Made by a program: the position numbers and the translations under genes
Source of the DNA: Patescibacteria group bacterium
Lineage (GTDB): Bacteria; Patescibacteriota; UBA1384; UBA12157; JAENIV01
Assembly (NCBI GenBank): GCA_023485405.1
Contig: JAMCZU010000035.1
Span: 1,519 to 65,518 of the forward strand
Reading direction: 5' to 3'
Length of the DNA stretch: 64,000 bases
The notes under the pieces: generated by a model
What the model saw: only the letters and a program-made list of their open reading frames with translations
Databases searched by the model: none
Told to the model about the DNA's origin: nothing
Part shown: in pieces, positions 1 to 9,659 of the stretch
How positions within the stretch are numbered: position 1 is the first letter of the stretch
How the letters are laid out: every line of letters starts with the position of its first letter

Positions 1-1882
1 TAGACCTTGGTCAAGGATTACATCACACATTAATTGGTATAACAAAGTGATTTCTGAAATGGCTAAACGTCATAAATTTTCTTTAGACACGCCAGTGGGT
101 GAATTACCACGTAAAATTCGTCAGATTGTTTTATATGGCGATAAAGCTATTGTGGGTGAAGCTGGTTTTGAGGGAGTAATTCCTAATTTAGAGCGTCGTT
201 ATAAAGAAACAGATTCCGATTATTTAAAATCTGAAATTGAAAAATATATGGTTGAACGAATCTGTCCTGATTGTGGCGGTAAACGTCTTCGTAGGGAAGT
301 CCTAAGTATTACGATTGGTGAGAAAAATATTGTTGATATCACTTCAATGAGTATTGAAAAGCTCCATGAATATTTTAATTTGGAATTAGGAAAAGTAAGT
401 CTTTCGGAAAATGAAAAAATTATTGCTTCTAAAATCGTCAATAGTATTTCTGAACGTTTAAAATTTTTGCTTGATGTGGGTCTGGGATATTTAACTTTAG
501 ATCGCAACGCCTCAACTTTAGCGGGTGGGGAAGCCCAACGAATAAGACTCGCAACTCAACTGGGCACCGGGCTAATGGGCGTTATTTATGTTTTAGATGA
601 ACCTTCAATCGGGCTTCATCCGCGGGACCATGAAAAATTACTTAAAACTTTTGATGTTCTAAAAAATTCTGGTAATAGCGTTATCGTAGTGGAACATGAT
701 CCTTTAACAATTGAGAAAGCTGATTGGGTAGTTGATATTGGTCCAGGGGCTGGTGATCATGGTGGTAAAGTGGTGGCTGAAGGAACACTTAAAGATATTA
801 TGAAAAATCCTGATTCTTTAACCGGTCAATATCTTTCCGGTGCTAAGAAAATTGAAATACCTAAAAAAAGACGACCACAGACTAAAGAAGAATTAATTAT
901 CAAAGGTGCCTCAGAATTTAATTTAAAAAATATTGATGTTAGGATTCCTTTAAATAATTTTGTCTGTCTAACCGGTGTTTCGGGTTCAGGTAAATCAACT
1001 TTGATTTTAGATATTTTAGCCAACTCTCTATCGAACAAATTACATCGAGCTAAAAATGAAATTGGCAAACACAAGGCAATTTCTGGCATTAAATTTTTAG
1101 ATAAAGTTGTCTCTGTTGATCAATCACCGATTGGTCGCACGCCGCGTTCTAATTTAACTACCTATACGAATTTATTTACTTATATCAGAGATATTTTTGC
1201 TAATATGCCGGAAGCGCAAGCGAAAAAACTTGATGCTTCAAAGTTCTCTTTCAACCTTCGTGGTGGCAGATGTGAAACTTGTCGAGGCGACGGTGTTTTA
1301 AAAATTGAAATGCATTTCTTGCCTGATGTTTATGTTACTTGTCCGGATTGCAAGGGCAAGCGTTATAATCCAGAAATCTTGGAAATTACTTTTAAAGGTA
1401 AAACGATTGCCGATGTTTTGGAAATGACGGTTGAAGATGCCTTGGTCTTTTTTAAAGATTTTCCGGAAATTTGCGACAAATTAAAAGTTTTAGAATCAGT
1501 TGGCTTAGGTTATATGCATCTGGGTCAGCCGGCTAATACTTTGTCTGGTGGAGAAGCGCAACGGATTAAACTTTCGGCCGAACTTTCACGTCACGATACG
1601 GGTCGGACTTTATATATTTTAGATGAGCCAACCACTGGTCTTCATTTTGAAGATATTAAAAGATTATTGGTGGTTTTGCAAGCCTTGGTGGATAAAGGCA
1701 ATACGGTGGTAGTAATTGAACATAATACTGATGTGATTAAATCAGCTGACTGGATTGTTGATTTGGGTCCGGAAGGAGGAGAAGGGGGTGGTCAAATTGT
1801 TGCTGAAGGAACTCCAGAACAGGTGGCCAAAATCGCCAAATCTTACACCGGTCAATATTTAAAAGAAGTTCTCAAAAATTAA
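1..1882 (+). CDS. uvrA: Excinuclease ABC subunit A (5'-truncated by window edge)
   Basis: Frame open from base 2; LAGGEAQRIRLA and LSGGEAQRIKL signatures, Walker A GVSGSGKS, CxxC zinc fingers, LDEPT Walker B. Confidence 0.98.
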   Translation, partial: RPWSRITSHINWYNKVISEMAKRHKFSLDTPVGELPRKIRQIVLYGDKAIVGEAGFEGVIPNLERRYKETDSDYLKSEIEKYMVERICPDCGGKRLRREVLSITIGEKNIVDITSMSIEKLHEYFNLELGKVSLSENEKIIASKIVNSISERLKFLLDVGLGYLTLDRNASTLAGGEAQRIRLATQLGTGLMGVIYVLDEPSIGLHPRDHEKLLKTFDVLKNSGNSVIVVEHDPLTIEKADWVVDIGPGAGDHGGKVVAEGTLKDIMKNPDSLTGQYLSGAKKIEIPKKRRPQTKEELIIKGASEFNLKNIDVRIPLNNFVCLTGVSGSGKSTLILDILANSLSNKLHRAKNEIGKHKAISGIKFLDKVVSVDQSPIGRTPRSNLTTYTNLFTYIRDIFANMPEAQAKKLDASKFSFNLRGGRCETCRGDGVLKIEMHFLPDVYVTCPDCKGKRYNPEILEITFKGKTIADVLEMTVEDALVFFKDFPEICDKLKVLESVGLGYMHLGQPANTLSGGEAQRIKLSAELSRHDTGRTLYILDEPTTGLHFEDIKRLLVVLQALVDKGNTVVVIEHNTDVIKSADWIVDLGPEGGEGGGQIVAEGTPEQVAKIAKSYTGQYLKEVLKN

Positions 1883-1914
1883 AAAAAGCGGATGCTTGGA
1901 GTCTAAGCATCCGC
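1881..1914 (-). terminator. Intrinsic terminator of the minus-strand ORFan (possibly bidirectional)
   Basis: GCGGATGCTT / AAGCATCCGC 10-bp stem preceded by an A7 run (U tract on the minus strand). Confidence 0.75.
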
Positions 1915-1927
1915 GAAGAGGGGAGGG

Positions 1928-2221
1928 TTAGTAGCGACTGAAAAAGGGTGAATGGGGCATGCGAAGAATTATCTCCCAGTTGCCGAGAACAAAACTCTCG
2001 GTTGGTTTGGTTGCGGTCCACTTACTATTGGGGCCGACCCATTGTATTCGCCTTCCTTCGTTGTTGTAACCGAAGGATTTACCAGTCAAGATACCATTGC
2101 ATTTTGGACAATACCATTCGGCATGGATAGCGTCGGCTGGCAGATCGGTGATAGTAAGTAGCGTGTTGCAGTGTTCACAGAGACCTAGGGTGCAAAGTAG
2201 AATAATACGTCCTTCTGTCAT
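1928..2221 (-). CDS. Hypothetical zinc-ribbon protein (97 aa)
   Basis: ATG at 2221 with AAGGAG RBS; CEHC...CPKC; own promoter (TTGACA 2289-2284, TAAAAT 2266-2261) and terminator. Confidence 0.7.
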   Translation of the reverse strand: MTEGRIILLCTLGLCEHCNTLLTITDLPADAIHAEWYCPKCNGILTGKSFGYNNEGRRIQWVGPNSKWTATKPTESFVLGNWEIILRMPHSPFFSRY

Positions 2222-2324
2222 GGTCGTGCTCCTTATTTTTGAATTAAGAAACAACAATTAATTTTATACTCAAAAATTCATTTTGTCAAGAAGTGCAAAA
2301 ATAATTTTTTGGTATAATAAAACC

Positions 2325-2978
2325 GTGAAAAAGAGAGGACCAAAATTAAAATTAACGAAAAGATTACGGATTCCCAAAGACAATCATGAAGTAAATCTTA
2401 AAGAGCAAGGCTTTAATTTTATTTGTGGATTAGACGAAGTAGGACGTGGGGCATGGGCCGGGCCGTTGGTCGCGGCGGCTGTGATTTTGGACAGAAGATA
2501 TTATAAACTGCGTGATTCGAAATTATTAACATCAAAAGATAGGGAGAAGCTCTCGAGAAAAATTAAGAAAACCTGCTTTTGGGGGATTGGAGAAGTTAGT
2601 GTTGAAGAAATTGATGAATTAAAATTGACTAAAGCAACGCAGCTTGCTTTTCGGCGAGCGGTAGAAAATCTTAAGGTCAAACCAGATTTTGTTTTATCGG
2701 ATGGTTTTAAATTTGACTCACCTCTCCCCTGTCTTCATTTAATCAAAGGCGATATGAATTGTGTTTCCATTGCCGCTGCTTCAATTATCGCTAAAGTTTA
2801 TCGCGACAAGTTAATGTTACAGTTAGACGAAAAAATAGAAGGATATAGTTTTGGGTTACATAAAGGTTATGGTACTAAATTACATCAGAAAAGACTGGAA
2901 AAATTGGGTCCAAGTGTACATCATAGGAGATGTTGCAAGCCAATTGGTAGATTGACAAATAGAGATTATATGGTATAA
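2325..2978 (+). CDS. rnhB: Ribonuclease HII
   Basis: GLDEVGRGAWAGP, DSK, DG, KGD, SIAAASIIAKVYRD, HKGYGT motifs; start uncertain (TTG 2283 or GTG 2325). Confidence 0.95.
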   Translation: MKKRGPKLKLTKRLRIPKDNHEVNLKEQGFNFICGLDEVGRGAWAGPLVAAAVILDRRYYKLRDSKLLTSKDREKLSRKIKKTCFWGIGEVSVEEIDELKLTKATQLAFRRAVENLKVKPDFVLSDGFKFDSPLPCLHLIKGDMNCVSIAAASIIAKVYRDKLMLQLDEKIEGYSFGLHKGYGTKLHQKRLEKLGPSVHHRRCCKPIGRLTNRDYMV

Positions 2979-2979
2979 T
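2952..2979 (+). promoter_or_regulatory. Sigma70 promoter of rnpB
   Basis: TTGACA-16 nt-TATAAT with extended -10 TG, 7 nt before the RNA 5' end. Confidence 0.85.
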
Positions 2980-2985
2980 ATACTT

Positions 2986-3331
2986 GCCTTAAGTAATCGA
3001 GGCAGTTAGTCCGACGTTACGTCGGACAGGAAAGTCCAGGCACCACAGAGTGTTGTAGTCCGATGTTGAGTCGGACCGTCCGTGAGGATAGGGAAAGTGC
3101 AACAGAAACATACCGCTAACCGTCCGCCAGCTGGCGGATAGGAGTAAGGTTGAAATCGTGTGGTAAGAGCACACGCGTATCTATGGTGACATAGTGCGGG
3201 GCAAACCCTACATGGTGCAAGTCTGGTGGGCTCCATTCATCATCAAGGTCTACTCGACCAGATGTCCGGGAGTCCAGACGCGTTAGATAGATGCTGTCAA
3301 AACAAAACCTGGCTTATCGATTGCTTAGGGC
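2986..3331 (+). ncRNA. rnpB: RNase P RNA (bacterial type A-like)
   Basis: GGAAAGTCC, AGTGCAACAGAAA, GGTAAGAGC, GGCAAACCC and ACAAAACCTGGCTTA motifs in order; terminal helix GCCTTAAGTAATCGA / TCGATTGCTTAGGGC followed by a T run. Confidence 0.96.
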
Positions 3332-3377
3332 TTTTTTGTTGAAAAAATATGGTAGAAATGATATCATCAAAATGTAT

Positions 3378-3451
3378 TCCCGGGTCGGCTAATGGTAGGC
3401 CACGACCCTTTGAAGGTCGGTGTCTTGGTTCGAATCCAAGCCCGGGAGCCA
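3378..3451 (+). tRNA. tRNA-Gln (TTG)
   Basis: Acceptor stem TCCCGGG/CCCGGGA, anticodon arm CGACC-CTTTGAA-GGTCG, T loop GGTTCGAATCC, encoded CCA. Confidence 0.97.
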
Positions 3452-3494
3452 TAAATCAATCAAACAATATTAAATACATAAAAAAAGGAGAATT

Positions 3495-3896
3495 ATGAAG
3501 GGTTTTGTTTCAAACATTGAACAAGACACATTGGAGAATAATAATTTTCGCAAAGTGCTTTACACTGGAAAACACAGCCAATTGGTTTTAATGTCTTTAA
3601 AGCCAAAAGAAGAAATTGGGATGGAAGTTCATGAGGAAAATGATCAATTTTTCCGTTTTGAAAAGGGAGAAGGAAAGTGTATTATTGATGGCAATGAATC
3701 AATGGTGCAAGATGGCTCAGCTGTCGTTGTCCCAGCAGGGGCAGAACATAATATTATTAACACTTCAACCGAAGAAGATCTTAAACTTTACACTATTTAC
3801 TCTCCAGCACATCATAAAGACGGCATTGTTCGAACGACTAAAGCCGAAGCTTTAGCTGACGGTCCAGAATTTGACGGTGTTACCACTGAGTCATGA
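3495..3896 (+). CDS. Cupin domain protein
   Basis: EIGMEVH...DQFF...G.G and VPAGAEHNIIN cupin motifs; AAGGAG RBS. Confidence 0.9.
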   Translation: MKGFVSNIEQDTLENNNFRKVLYTGKHSQLVLMSLKPKEEIGMEVHEENDQFFRFEKGEGKCIIDGNESMVQDGSAVVVPAGAEHNIINTSTEEDLKLYTIYSPAHHKDGIVRTTKAEALADGPEFDGVTTES

Positions 3897-3920
3897 AAAT
3901 AAAATTTTCTAGGAGGTCTA

Positions 3921-4685
3921 ATGAACCAAGAATTTGGCGCTCAACCTGAGGGGCAAGCCGAATGGCATGAGCCAACTAATGAGGTAAAAGAGGAAGAAAA
4001 AGAAGGAGCGATGGGTAAAATATCTCATCTTCTCCAAAAATTACCAGGTGGAAAATTTCTTCTTCCTTCAGCCGCCATTATTTCACTTTGGGGTGGAAGT
4101 ATTGAAGAATCAAGGGCTGATGCCAAAGATTGGTTAAGGTATAAAAATGGTGTTGAAATGACTATGCCATACGTAGCAGCTGATGTATTTAAAGCTGGAG
4201 TAACACGAAAAGCCGATGGCAGCTATAATTATATTGTAGAAGATGAAGAAAAATTTAACCAAGCATCTAGTACTAAAATGGGCGATTTAATTTATCAGTC
4301 AAATGAAGATATTAGTCTGCCTTCAAATCCGGAAAAATTTATTAAAGCTGATCTTGCAGATTTTAAAAATGAATTAGGGAAGAATTGCAAAGACAAAAAA
4401 TTAGTTAGTACTTTGGGAAATGAAATGGACAAATTTGCTAACGAAGTTTTTCCCCAGGGTTTGGGTAAAGATGGGTATGTTAATGTTGGAGATAGACCAA
4501 CTAAAATACAGTTTGCCGAGCTTCAGGCAGCAGAGTTAGAAGTTTCTGAGCATATGGCTAAAACTCAAAAAGAAATTTATACAATTAAAGACAAATCACG
4601 GGTGTCAGTCACTGGTATTGTTTTAACAGAGTATTATGATTTAATTAAAAAAGCAGCGGTGCTTAACATGGCGCGAGATAATTAA
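3921..4685 (+). CDS. Hypothetical protein, possibly exported
   Basis: 254-aa ORF, AGGAGG RBS, hydrophobic stretch near residues 46-60; no family recognised. Confidence 0.75.
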   Translation: MNQEFGAQPEGQAEWHEPTNEVKEEEKEGAMGKISHLLQKLPGGKFLLPSAAIISLWGGSIEESRADAKDWLRYKNGVEMTMPYVAADVFKAGVTRKADGSYNYIVEDEEKFNQASSTKMGDLIYQSNEDISLPSNPEKFIKADLADFKNELGKNCKDKKLVSTLGNEMDKFANEVFPQGLGKDGYVNVGDRPTKIQFAELQAAELEVSEHMAKTQKEIYTIKDKSRVSVTGIVLTEYYDLIKKAAVLNMARDN

Positions 4686-4718
4686 AAAAATCAAGGTAAA
4701 AAATTAGAAAGGATAATT

Positions 4719-4808
4719 ATGTCAGAAGATAAAAAATGTTGCGATTGCGAATGTAATGAAGAAAAAGAAAATTGTTGCACTGAAGAACAAGACGAAAAAG
4801 AAGAGTAG
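4719..4808 (+). CDS. Small Cys-rich acidic peptide (29 aa), metallothionein-like
   Basis: MSEDKKCCDCECNEEKENCCTEEQDEKEE*, AAAGGA RBS; below the ORF-track cutoff. Confidence 0.55.
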   Translation: MSEDKKCCDCECNEEKENCCTEEQDEKEE

Positions 4809-4856
4809 AATTTAGTCTGTCTAGAAAATTAACCCAATTTGTGGTATAATATAGGT

Positions 4857-5217
4857 GCATTAAGAAATATTGAAGAATATACTTTAAAGCCGACACGTTA
4901 AGGTTTTTATCTTTTATCCAAGCCTGGTTGCAGATTATGGGGGAATGGTATTTCCGGCTATCATGTCCGTCCCAAACTATAAAGAGATTTTAGGCGGAAG
5001 AGTATGTTGGAGCCATTCAACTTAAGATCAAATACTAGGTTTTGGAAGATAAAAAAACCTTTCGAAGCGAGCTTTGAAGGAAAGCTGGGAGTAACAACAT
5101 TTTACAATTGGGATCCGGTGTCTCTTAACTCATAACATTGATTTAAGAGCAGGATACCGCCTTAAATAAAAACGCTCAGCAACTTCCCTCGCTTCGGAAG
5201 GGGAATAAGCGGTTTTT
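4857..5217 (+). ncRNA. Putative structured non-coding RNA containing a 6S-like rod
   Basis: Extended -10 TGTGGTATAAT at 4840-4850; long-range pairing 4883-5078 with G-U pairs on the + strand; second hairpin 5116-5159; hairpin plus T run at 5169-5217; no ORF of 60 aa or more. Confidence 0.55.
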
Positions 5218-5796
5218 TTATTTTAGAGTAATTTTAATTTTATCAAGAATTTCTTGACTTGTCACTCGCATATCCGGATAATCACTTACCCATTTAATTT
5301 TTTTATCAGTTCCTACTAACACAAAAGTATGTCCCGGACTTTCGCCCGCATGCATTGAAGAAGATAGATCAAGAGTTTCATAGTCTCGAGACATCTTTTT
5401 ATTAAGATCTAAGAGAATCGGTAGCTTCAGATTATTACCTTCAATAATTGGTTTCCAAGAATCAGCCGAGTTTACTCCAATTGTTGCGATCGCGATATTT
5501 TCCGAAAGAAACTTTTCCTGTTCCTTTTGAAGATCAATAATTTGCTGCCAGCAAGGCGCACAACCGGGTCCTTCATTAAAATACAGAAGTAAATTCTTGT
5601 CTTTGTAATCTGACAAAGAAACGATTTTACCGGAATAATCTTTAACGCTAAAATCAGGTGCAGGGGTTCCTACCTTTAATCCTTCAACTGGTCCTTCTCC
5701 TTTAAATTGATCAAATAGTGCTATTCCACCGATTATTAACGCAATTACACCAACTATAGTAAGCGTAGTCAATATTTTACTACTTGCTTTTTTCAT
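5218..5796 (-). CDS. Membrane-anchored redoxin (AhpC/TSA/TlpA-like)
   Basis: N-terminal TM, GTPAPDFS, CAPC CxxC thioredoxin fold. Confidence 0.88.
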   Translation of the reverse strand: MKKASSKILTTLTIVGVIALIIGGIALFDQFKGEGPVEGLKVGTPAPDFSVKDYSGKIVSLSDYKDKNLLLYFNEGPGCAPCWQQIIDLQKEQEKFLSENIAIATIGVNSADSWKPIIEGNNLKLPILLDLNKKMSRDYETLDLSSSMHAGESPGHTFVLVGTDKKIKWVSDYPDMRVTSQEILDKIKITLK

Positions 5797-6655
5797 TATT
5801 CCTCCTGGTAAATTTAATTGTTTGCCAAATTAAGATTACAAAAATTATTATAATCAAAGCTACCCAGATATATTCGGGGATCATTTTGGTTTTAGCGACG
5901 ATTAAGTTAGTTAAATTGTTAAAAGCGGTTGACATTTTCATTTCATATGAGGAACTAATCGACGTTTTACCTAGGAGTGTCAAAACCACAATCAAAATAC
6001 CCATCCCACCAAAAATGATAGCTGAAATAAGATGAGTTGAATGAATGTAGTATTTTTTGCCAAATAATTTCCAGGCATAAATTTTACCTTGGAGTAATTT
6101 CGAACGTGAAAAATCGTAACGATCCCAAAAATAAGACATAAAAACGAGTGGTGAAACCATACCCAAAATATAAGTTAAACTTAAAAGAATTGAATAAAGC
6201 ATTTTTCCAGATAAAGCGCTAACCGTCAACACGCCAATCAGAACCGGTGTGCAACACGAACTGGCCGCGCCGGAAAGCACACCAAGCAGAAAAACTGACA
6301 GTGGATCGCTCTTTTTAAGATTAGGATTATGCGTCTTAAAAGGCATAGGAATAGTTTTACCAAAAATGGCCAGAACTGCCAGAATAATCAAAAACATTCC
6401 ACCAAGTAAAAAGACTTCGTCATGATAATGAGAAATAAGTTTTGCCAAGGCCGTTAGGCCTAAACTTATCGGTACTAAAACCACTGCCAGACCCAAAAAG
6501 AAAATAAAGGTCATTAAAAGAATCTTTGATTTTTGCTTAAAAGCCGAAGCAAAATAAGCTGGAAAAATAAAAGTGACACAACAAGGTGCTAAAAGCGCTA
6601 AAATTCCTCCCAGGAACGATGCGACCACTGATGCCCCCAGTAATGTTGGACTCAT
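5780..6655 (-). CDS. CcdA/DsbD-like transmembrane thiol reductase
   Basis: LLAPCC and SSCCTPVL motifs, multiple TM helices. Confidence 0.85.
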   Translation of the reverse strand: MSPTLLGASVVASFLGGILALLAPCCVTFIFPAYFASAFKQKSKILLMTFIFFLGLAVVLVPISLGLTALAKLISHYHDEVFLLGGMFLIILAVLAIFGKTIPMPFKTHNPNLKKSDPLSVFLLGVLSGAASSCCTPVLIGVLTVSALSGKMLYSILLSLTYILGMVSPLVFMSYFWDRYDFSRSKLLQGKIYAWKLFGKKYYIHSTHLISAIIFGGMGILIVVLTLLGKTSISSSYEMKMSTAFNNLTNLIVAKTKMIPEYIWVALIIIIFVILIWQTIKFTRRNNEKSK

Positions 6656-6670
6656 TTTTATCCCTCTGTG

Positions 6671-6922
6671 TTAATTCATTTTATTGTATAGCCAGACGAA
6701 AAGCCAAACAATCAGATAGGTGACAATGTCTATTAGGACCAAACCGATGATGGCTGAAGTAAAAGTAATCTCTGGCTTTGACGTGATAGTTCCGAAATGA
6801 ACAAGATAGCCGGCAAAGTTACTGTAAATACTTGGCAGTACAGCGGCAAAGAAGGTACAGATGAGATAAAGAATTGTCATCCAAACGACGGCTACTTTGG
6901 CAATTTTTGTTCCGTTGAGCAT
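6671..6922 (-). CDS. Small 2-TM membrane protein (DUF5676-like)
   Basis: LYLIC...H...YN pattern typical of copper-cluster small membrane proteins; AAAGGAG RBS. Confidence 0.7.
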   Translation of the reverse strand: MLNGTKIAKVAVVWMTILYLICTFFAAVLPSIYSNFAGYLVHFGTITSKPEITFTSAIIGLVLIDIVTYLIVWLFVWLYNKMN

Positions 6923-6955
6923 TTTTTCTCCTTTCTATTTTTTTAATTAAAACTC

Positions 6956-9376
6956 CTATTTAGTTTCAAGTTGACAAGTAGTTGTTTTGTTACACGATGT
7001 TTTATTAATCATATTTTCTTGCTCGGTCATATTTGAACTTAGCCGGGCAAACTGAAGGAAAAGCAAAACAAAAATGACGATCATGGCATATGGGGCAATT
7101 TTCGAAAAATAATTAATTTTAGCTGGTCTGAAATACTTAATTAAGAGTGAATTACTGACAACCGAAATAGAACTTAGGGCCATTGCTAAACCAGCTAATT
7201 CTGGTCTTAAAACCAAACCAAATTCCATAAAAACCCGAGCAGCAATGGGAATACCAATGACATTATATAAAAGAGCAAAAACCATATTTTGTTTTATTTT
7301 TGAAAATGTTTCTTTGGCTAATTCAATGGCGGTGACAACATCGTTAAGATCATTTTTAATAATCACAATACCGCCGGTTTCCATCGCCACATCAGTGCCA
7401 GAACCCATGGCAATGCCCAAATTGGCTTGAGCCAAAGCGGGGGCGTCGTTAATACCATCGCCGACCATGGCGACAATACGACCATTTTCTTGAAGTTTTT
7501 TAACTTCATTGGCTTTATCTTCGGGTAAAACTTCAGCTAAAACATTAGTGATACCAGCCTCTTTGGCAATCGCTTGAGCAGTTCGGACGTTGTCGCCAGT
7601 AATCATATAAATTTCAATCCCTAGATTTTGAAGTTTTTCAATTGCTTCTTTGGTCGTTTCTTTGATTGTATCAGCCACCGCAATTGCACCTAATAAATCT
7701 TTTTCGGAAGCGATGATCATTACGGTTTTACCCTGTTCCTCAAGCTTAGCCACTTCCTGCTCGATAGAGTTAATTGGCAGATTAACAATATCGGTAATTA
7801 GTTTTCGATTCCCGAAAAAATATTTTTTCTGATTGATTATACCTTCAACGCCGTGACCGGCAATGGCTTTAAAATTTGAAATTGATGAAAGTGTGATATT
7901 TTTTTCTTGGGCAAACCCGTAAATTGCTTCGGCCAGTGGGTGTTCTGAAGATTTTTCTAAACTGGCGGTAATTTTTAAAATTTCATTTTTATTTAAATTG
8001 CCAAAAGTTAAAATATCGGTTACCTGAGGTTTTCCTTTAGTTAAAGTGCCGGTTTTATCAAAAATAATGGTGTTAATGCGGTTGGCGGCTTCTAACGGTT
8101 CGCCACCTTTAATTAAAATACCGTATTCGGCGCCTTTACCCGTACCAACCATAATGGCGGTGGGAGTGGCTAATCCCAAAGCGCAAGGACAAGCAATTAC
8201 AATCACGGCCGTAAAAGTCATTAGTGAAAAAGAAAGTCCGGCGTTAAAACCAATAAACCAAACTAAAAAAGTTAAAATGGCCAAACTAATGACGGCTGGG
8301 ACAAACCAGGCCGAAATTCTATCGGCGAAAGTTTGAATGGGCGCTTTTGATCCTTGAGCTTCTTCGATTAAGCGAATAATTTGGGCTAGGGTAGATTCTT
8401 CACCGACACGTTCGGCTGTAAATTCAAAACTACCTTGTTTATTAATCGTGGCGCCGATCACAGTATCGCCTGGGTTTTTTTCAACCGGAATACTCTCACC
8501 GGTGATCATTGATTCATCAACTGCCGAAGAGCCTTTGGTGATTTTGCCGTCAACGGGAATTTTCTCGCCAGGACGAACTAAAATAGTATCACCAGCGACA
8601 ACTTTATCAATGGGCAAATCCAAAGTTTTACCATTGCGAATTACTCGAGCGGTTTTAGCCTGCAAACCCATTAGTTTTTTAATGGCATCGGAAGTTTTGC
8701 CTTTAGCCTGCATTTCTAAGTATTTGCCCAATAAAACAAAAGTAATCAAAAAAGCGGCAGTTTCAAAGTAGAGATCGGGAATTTTTTGGCTGGCTAGACC
8801 AAGTAGCGAACGATTGGTCAAAGCAAAGTTGGTAAAATTAAATAAGCTATAAAAATAAGCCGCCGAGGTGCCGATGGCAATCAGGCTATCCATATTGAAA
8901 GTCTTCATCTTCAAAGAAGACCACATCCCTTTATAGAAGCCGGCGCCAATAATAAATTGAACCGGGGTGGCTAAGATTAAAGAAATAATACCAAAATAAG
9001 GTGGTAACGACATTCCTCCGGGCAGCCATTTGAAGAAATCCAAGAACATGAAATAAAGCATTGGCAAACTTAAAATTAAGCTAAAAATAAACTTTTTCCG
9101 CATGGCTGAAATTTCAAATTCTTGCTTTTTTCTTTCAAACTCGGCGTCTTTCTCGTTAATAGTTTCCGCTTTGTAGCCAGCTTTTTTAATTGCTTGGATA
9201 ATGTCTTTGGAAGAAGTGGATTTTTCGTCAAATAAAACAATTGCTTTTTCGGCGGCAAAATTGACATTAGCTTGACTAATTCCCGGCAATTTTTTAATCG
9301 AACGTTCAATGATTAAAGCACAAGAAGTGCAATGCATCCCCGAAAGTGAGAGTGAAATTTTTTTAGGACTATTCAT
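6956..9376 (-). CDS. copA: Copper-translocating P1B-type ATPase
   Basis: [44 protein letters not shown] and MALSS. Confidence 0.95.
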   Translation of the reverse strand: MNSPKKISLSLSGMHCTSCALIIERSIKKLPGISQANVNFAAEKAIVLFDEKSTSSKDIIQAIKKAGYKAETINEKDAEFERKKQEFEISAMRKKFIFSLILSLPMLYFMFLDFFKWLPGGMSLPPYFGIISLILATPVQFIIGAGFYKGMWSSLKMKTFNMDSLIAIGTSAAYFYSLFNFTNFALTNRSLLGLASQKIPDLYFETAAFLITFVLLGKYLEMQAKGKTSDAIKKLMGLQAKTARVIRNGKTLDLPIDKVVAGDTILVRPGEKIPVDGKITKGSSAVDESMITGESIPVEKNPGDTVIGATINKQGSFEFTAERVGEESTLAQIIRLIEEAQGSKAPIQTFADRISAWFVPAVISLAILTFLVWFIGFNAGLSFSLMTFTAVIVIACPCALGLATPTAIMVGTGKGAEYGILIKGGEPLEAANRINTIIFDKTGTLTKGKPQVTDILTFGNLNKNEILKITASLEKSSEHPLAEAIYGFAQEKNITLSSISNFKAIAGHGVEGIINQKKYFFGNRKLITDIVNLPINSIEQEVAKLEEQGKTVMIIASEKDLLGAIAVADTIKETTKEAIEKLQNLGIEIYMITGDNVRTAQAIAKEAGITNVLAEVLPEDKANEVKKLQENGRIVAMVGDGINDAPALAQANLGIAMGSGTDVAMETGGIVIIKNDLNDVVTAIELAKETFSKIKQNMVFALLYNVIGIPIAARVFMEFGLVLRPELAGLAMALSSISVVSNSLLIKYFRPAKINYFSKIAPYAMIVIFVLLFLQFARLSSNMTEQENMINKTSCNKTTTCQLETK

Positions 9377-9377
9377 T

Positions 9378-9593
9378 TTAACCTTCGTTTAATTCCGCTT
9401 TATAACCGGCTTTTTTAATTGTTTCAATAATTGTTTCAGGAGAAACATTATCTTCAGTTTTGACAAAGCCGCTGCTTGTTTTTGAATCAACCCTTGATTC
9501 TAAGACTCCTTCAGTGTCGTCGAGTTCCATTTGGATTATTTTTTCGCAAGAACCACAGTGCATGCCCGAGATTTTAAATTTTAATTCCTTCAT
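9378..9593 (-). CDS. Heavy-metal-associated (CopZ-like) chaperone
   Basis: GMHCGSC...AGY HMA fold. Confidence 0.9.
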   Translation of the reverse strand: MKELKFKISGMHCGSCEKIIQMELDDTEGVLESRVDSKTSSGFVKTEDNVSPETIIETIKKAGYKAELNEG

Positions 9594-9616
9594 AAATATC
9601 TCCTTTCATTTATTAA

Positions 9617-9637
9617 ACCTACTCCTACGGTATAGGT
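9617..9637 (-). promoter_or_regulatory. Putative CsoR operator overlapping the -10 of the copZ-copA promoter
   Basis: Minus strand ACCTATACC-GTA-GGAGTAGGT; TTGACA at 9655-9650, 17 nt, TACCGT. Confidence 0.7.
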
Positions 9638-9659
9638 AATTAGTAATGTTGTCAAGTGT

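Noticed and set aside
2989-3236. Minus-strand ORFs 2989-3174 and 3006-3236
   Set aside because: Antisense to the RNase P RNA; no RBS or protein-like features
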